A DNA stretch of 39,919 nucleotides from Conidiobolus incongruus B7586. Taxonomy: Eukaryota. Made by a program: the position numbers and the translations under genes. The notes under the pieces were generated by a model. That model had not been told where the DNA came from. It was given only the letters and a program-made list of their open reading frames with translations, and did no database searches. Below, piece after piece: positions 34,206 through 39,919 of this stretch (positions within the stretch are counted from its first letter, which is position 1; each line of letters opens with the position of its first letter). The stretch covers positions 1 through 39,919 of the forward strand of contig JNEM01012169.1 in NCBI GenBank assembly GCA_000697335.1. Direction: 5' to 3'.

Positions 34206-37115
34206 TCAATTTAAATATCCCCTACACTTTTCATGATTACAAAGACACTTAATCTTATCATCTTCAATTGGGAATTTGTAATCATAAGTGATTTCTTCCA
34301 TTGGATGAATATCTCTCTTCGCATAAATTACAATCTTTTTCTTGCCCTCCACCGTGATTACCTTTGCGTTGCAGTTTGGAATACAGCTATGATTGATGAA
34401 ACGAGCCATATTTCCCATGACGGTTGCATCGATAACATTGTCATCGTCAATCCTGAATAAGTAGGATGACCCGATACCTCGCGCCTCGTACTCCTTTTCT
34501 CGGAGATCTGCTACCTTTTGACGGATGACTTCCCCAATATATTCGATAACGAGATCGTTTGCAGGGATAAATTCCATTGAGAATAGTCCTAAATCATGGA
34601 TACCAGATGATGCGAACTGGAGTTGTTTTCTTCTGACCTGAAGTTGATTGGAGTTGAGTAGATCTGACGATGCATTATTCTTCTCCATAAAGTGGTTCAG
34701 GTGTGACAGTTGACGACGATTATTCGCACGATTCATACGACTACTCACCTTAGATACGTGTTGAGGAATGGCTCTTAACGTGGGTCGAATTCTGAGTTTC
34801 TTTAACTCTGGTGGGACTTTGTAAAAGCCCTCTGTTCTGGCACTACCAGTAGAGTGCTCGGGGAGAGGAACATCGATATTTTCTTCTAACGTAGATTCGG
34901 GCTGAGTAGTTGCATCAGGCACTTGAGATGATGTGCCGCTGCGATTAGACATCTGTGATTTAGACCGCACTATCGATTTCGAGCTTTCGCGTTTCTGAGG
35001 TGCAGGAGATCGCTCAACCCGTTTCGCACCTTTCTTGAGAGCTGTGACAGGATCAGTCATCTTTGAAGGCTGCGACTTGGTTTTTGTAACTGATTTCTTG
35101 CTCGAGGCAGGTGACTCAGTTTCATTTTCATAGTAGTCGGAATCATCTTTTTCTTCTCCTTCCTCTAGCTCAGATTCTGTTTTCTCATCACTATCAGATG
35201 AAAGACCATCGTGAATCTGTTGTCTGTTGGTCAATTTTGGAGCTTTTGCGACCCGACTAGGTGAGTCAACAGCAGGCCTAGATGCTTTCTTTCGTTCAGG
35301 AGATGCTACATGTTTGCTGACTAGCTCCGATTTGGAATAAGAGCCTTTGAGGACGGATTTAATAGGAACAGGAGAAGGAGAACGAGAAGCCTCGTTATCA
35401 GAAGAGAATGGACCAAGTCTTGCGCGATAGTAGTCACTTGATTCATCACTAGATCGAGAGTCAGAATCGCTAAGGCCATCATCGACCTGTCTAGAACCAT
35501 AGCGGTGATTTGATGATCTGTTGGGAGCTGATGAAGTATCTTTATAATTGTGTGATGTACTGGATTTTGAGGTAGAGTGAGATGTTTTCACTTTCTTAAT
35601 TTTTGGTAGCGAAGAGACCGAAAGAGAAGTTGGCTGGAAAGTTAGAGAAGGAATATCGGATAGGACAGAAGTTGGTGGTGAAGGCTCCCTCTGCTGAGGT
35701 TGATACACCTTTTCCATATATTCAGAGGGATATGGTGTGATAATTCGGTTGGTAATATCTTTGCTCACTAGCTTCACCAGCTCAGTTTGCAACTGTCGAA
35801 GAATGCGATGAAAAGAGTTTGAATTAGATGAAGCCGATTGACTATCTGACTTGTTATTGTCAGGTTTAAATAAATAAGTGTTGTTATCTGGTTGGGGCTG
35901 TTGCACCTGAGAAAATGGAATGGGGTTAAGACTCAGATATCTTCCCATAAATATTGATTGGTTTTTTGCTCGACAGCACTGGTGCATATCACGAGAGTCT
36001 TTAAAGGCAATGATATATCCTTGATCTTCCCAGTGGACCGAATATGGTTGAAACGACCGCACCAACCCGGCTATCTGTTCAATAGTGGCCAATGTACGGG
36101 GAATGCATTCTCGAGGAATCAGAACGAAATGCATCGGCCTGAGAGGATGGTGTGGCTTGAGGTCCACTTGCCTAGACTTTCCACCAATAGGAGAACCATT
36201 GCCAACTGGAGAAAAACATGGAGTCACATTTGAAGTTGACGATCTCGATGTCGGTGTTTTTTTTGTATATATCTTATCAAAATAAGCTTTTACACTTAGG
36301 GAGAAACTATTTGGATCAGACTCTTGAATGACCGAAATAGTTTGTCCTTCGACTTGTCTTCCTTGAGATAGTTGTAGTGCACGTTTTATACTTTCGGCGT
36401 TTTCATATTTATTTAGGTTGCCATCGCCAAATTGAACCAAAGCTATACCAATAGATTGATTTGTTTTAGGATCCACTTCTAAATGCACGCGTGTTACAGG
36501 TCCATACAGAATAAATAGCGCTTTGATATCTTGCGGAGTAAGTGAAGGGTGTAAATTAGTTACTATTAAACAACTAGATGGATATGTATCAATATGTTTC
36601 ACAGAGGTCGTGAATGAAGAAACATAAAGTGGCTTCGGTTGAAATGGAGAATCTGTGTGATGGTTCCTTGGATCTGGAATTCGAACAGGTTCAGCTTTAG
36701 AATCTGGAATATATAGCGCATACGTGGGAAGCTGCTGCTTTTTAGGTTTTCTCTTATCGAGGCAAGGATCGTAAACAATGCCCCAAGCACCGTTACTTGG
36801 AACAACAGGTTCTAAGAAATAAATATTAGTTAATATTTAAAAGAGTAGATATATAAATAGAATAAAAAACGAAACTCCATCTTTACCTTTCTCTTGAGTA
36901 ACTATTTCTTTCCTAAAAGCAATATTACTTTTGGAACTTTTAGTATTAGAACTGGAAGATGATATTGAGTTATTATTTAATATTGAATTGTTGGATATGA
37001 TATTATTATTAATTAATTTTGTTTGTACTTGCTCTTTAGTGGGACTTGTAATCTTAGAATCCGAGTTGCCGTTAATGCTCGAGTTTAAATGACTAGAGCG
37101 TTGATTAAAACTCAT
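34206..37115 (-). CDS. SET1: Histone H3K4 methyltransferase Set1 (COMPASS catalytic subunit, ~944 aa); exons 37115-36887 and 36811-34206
   Basis: N-terminal YDPxL...DPR, RRM (LIVTNLHP...GIALVQF), WIN motif GSARTEG, n-[15 protein letters not shown] ([30 protein letters not shown]) and post-[17 protein letters not shown] phase-1 GT-AG intron joins the two ORFs. Confidence 0.95.
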
Positions 37116-39094
37116 TTTAAAATTAATATAATATGATTATTTTAAATATTTCACTACTGCTAATACCATTTATTAATTGTTTATAGTTAATGATGTTGAA
37201 TGCAAAATAAGAATGAATTATTGATTTATTGGCTGATTTCATTATTAATTTATGGGTTTAAATCATTAAATCTGCTACTGTAAACACTATTATCAAATTA
37301 TCCAAATTGATTTATTCACATGATAATATACTTGAATCCTGATTTTCTAGCCAATAATTTGTCATTAACACTCTCATTATTTCGTACATTACTTGTATTT
37401 TTATTAATAGTTTTAGAATATGTTATTATTTTCATTATTTTGATAATATTTTAAATTTAATAAACTAAACTTTATATTCAGTAGATTATCAGTTTCTTTT
37501 TATATTCTCTATAAGTTGGACCATTATAATTTGAGCCAATCAAATTAAAGGAAAAGATTACCTTTCAAAATCAAAATAACGTGAAAATCACAAGATATGT
37601 GTAAAATTGGATCCATTTAGCTGATTAGTAAATTTATTATGATTATCAAATTATTCAAATGATAAGTGGATATTAGCTTACAAATTTAAAAAAATATCAT
37701 ATATTAGATATATCAATGAAGCAAATATTTATTGATATCATTTGGGAATATAGGTACAATACATGGATTAAGCAGGATGACTTGCCATTCCTGTAGTTGC
37801 TTCATATCTTATAAATAACCTTACTCTTAATAGTAATTTACTATTATTTGATAAAATTATTATTTCCAATATAATACAGATATATCGGAATTGATAAATG
37901 CTTAAATATGTCAAAATGAAAATCAAGTATTCCTGTTTAAATAAGATACTTTACCCTTGAATTATCTCTTGAAATCATTGATATAATCGTACGACCATAA
38001 TTTAACAAAAATACATTTACCAATTGCAAATAGATATTATCATCATCACTCATATTCTATTAAGTATTATTTCAGTTTTAACAAAATTCAGGTATATTTT
38101 CTAGTTATGGTCAGTAACATAACATCTGACTGATATGTAATATCATTTTGAGTATTAAGTTTTAGATTTATTTGAATCAATAATTTGTTTAATTTTATCT
38201 AAGGTGCCATCCTAAACATTAATTGAATGAATTGATTGCTCAATCATTGAAGCATTTATTATATAATTATTTTTATAAAAAAATAAATTATAATAATATA
38301 AAAGAAGACCATTATAGGTGATAGATAATATCAGATTGCGAAATTAAATTAATGCAGTAATATCAGCAAAATTAAAAAATATGATGTGATTGCTGTGACC
38401 AAGTAAATTAACATCTCTATTGAATAATATAAAACTATTCATTTTTTGTGGAATATAAGTTTTATAACAAACTCATATATTAGTAAAACTCAATACAGAG
38501 TATTATTGAATATGTTATAGTAGCTTAAAATTTTAAAATAAAGTAGGAGTATGTGTATTATAGCAATATAAATATAATCATAAAATTTCAAGTTACAATA
38601 ATATTATGCTCTCTTTTGAATATTATACTAATTATAGCTACAATATGGAAGTCATTAAAATTTAAAAACTAAATAATTATTTTCTCTAAGAACCTTGCAA
38701 AAAAATAACAAACTCATTAATAAAGGATAGAAATGTGAACTTTTTTGTTTATTTTACTCTGAGATAAGATATATTACAATCTTTATATATTATATCTTTA
38801 ATTTTTATTTTAAACCATTATATTATGCAATGCAATTTATTAAAAAGAATAATTTAAAAATCACCAATTTTATTAAAAAATAAATATTAATAATTAGATA
38901 ATCAAACAATTAGAAAACTCTTTATATTAATATCAATATTAAATTCAATATAAACAATAAAAAACATTGAATAATCTCTAAACTAGAATCAGTGATATCA
39001 AATATAATGATTATAAATCTTTTATTATAAGTACTTGTAATTGTATTTTAAGAATTCATATAAATCTAAATATTTACTTAAATATTAGTGCAGA

Positions 39095-39919
39095 AATTAA
39101 GTAATGACATAATTTTAAGATTGAAATAAACAAATAAATTAATAAATAATATATAGATATTAATGAATAATATAAAATTAATAGCCTCTTTTATTATTAA
39201 TAACTTTTTTTTATACTTTTGATAAGCTTTTAATATTTAAAAAACAGTTTTTTTTATTAAAGACTGAAATTTAATGTTTCACAAACCAATTTAATTTGTT
39301 TGCAGGAATTTTTTTTTCTTGTAAGCTGTTTTTTTAATTGTTTAAAACAATTATAATTACATAAGTTATAATCAAGTAAATATATTAGATATAATAACTC
39401 CCTTTAATTTTTTTTATATAAAAAATCTTTTACAGCTTTTGCTTTATGTATTTTACAATTATTATATAAAATAATAAATATTTTTAATTTATATTAAGAA
39501 CACTATTTAAAAATTATTTTATATAAAAAAATAATATATAACTAATTATTAATTGATTTTTATTGAAGTATTAAATAAAAAACTATATACTATTATAATT
39601 TATTATAATAATTAATATTCACTTATATTTAAAGTGTTTATTTATTAAAATTTATAAAAAAGATTAATTTAACTTAACATCTTGTTTTATTTTTAAATAA
39701 AAGATTATATAAAAGAATTTAAAATTTATTAATTATAAGTATTTATTGTAAAAACTTTTGTTTTTAGTTATATCTTAATAAGTTTAGTTTAGCTATAGCT
39801 ACTCTAGTTTTCTTTTTGGTTTTTATTAAATTATAAGGTATCTATTTTACATTTTTATTAATTAATTTAAGTTTAAACTTAAGTAAATATAACATGCTTA
39901 TATAATTAATATTAAATTA
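39095..39919 (+). repeat. AT-rich dispersed repeat, copy B (runs off the window end)
   Basis: Colinear homology to ~26640-27380 in the same orientation; the final 21 nt match 27360-27380. Confidence 0.8.

Noticed and set aside
9432..36285. Many antisense or alternative-frame ORFs overlapping TBC, UGGT, GCDH, LTA4H, SulP and SET1
   Set aside because: Shadow ORFs produced by the codon bias of the real genes.
1..39919. CRISPR arrays, rRNA, prokaryotic operons or intact transposase/RT ORFs
   Set aside because: No regularly spaced repeats, rRNA-like sequence or transposon protein motifs were seen; the DNA is eukaryotic.

Overview
Very AT-rich eukaryotic genomic DNA with short (about 45-85 nt) GT-AG introns and fungal-type genes. 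It is most consistent with an early-diverging fungus; a Conidiobolus/Entomophthoromycotina-like source is my inference, not something the sequence proves. Seven genes are recognisable: ETR1/MECR (-), a TBC-domain Rab-GAP (+), UGGT (+, 15 exons), glutaryl-CoA dehydrogenase (+), LTA4H/Lap2 M1 aminopeptidase (+, 17 exons), a SulP/SLC26 transporter (+) and SET1 (-). There are also three uncharacterised ORFs, an intact tRNA-Gly(GCC) and an intact initiator tRNA-Met(CAT). The most notable observations are: (i) a 3-nt micro-exon (GCC, Ala) needed to complete the conserved SQCQAIH motif of LTA4H; (ii) two extra degenerate copies of the initiator tRNA, one with the anticodon changed to CAC and mostly CpG-type changes; (iii) a ~750-bp AT-rich dispersed repeat present twice and diverged mainly by transitions; (iv) a GC-richer solo-LTR-like island at 549-854. 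No CRISPR array, rRNA or intact transposon ORF was seen. All exon coordinates were derived by hand.
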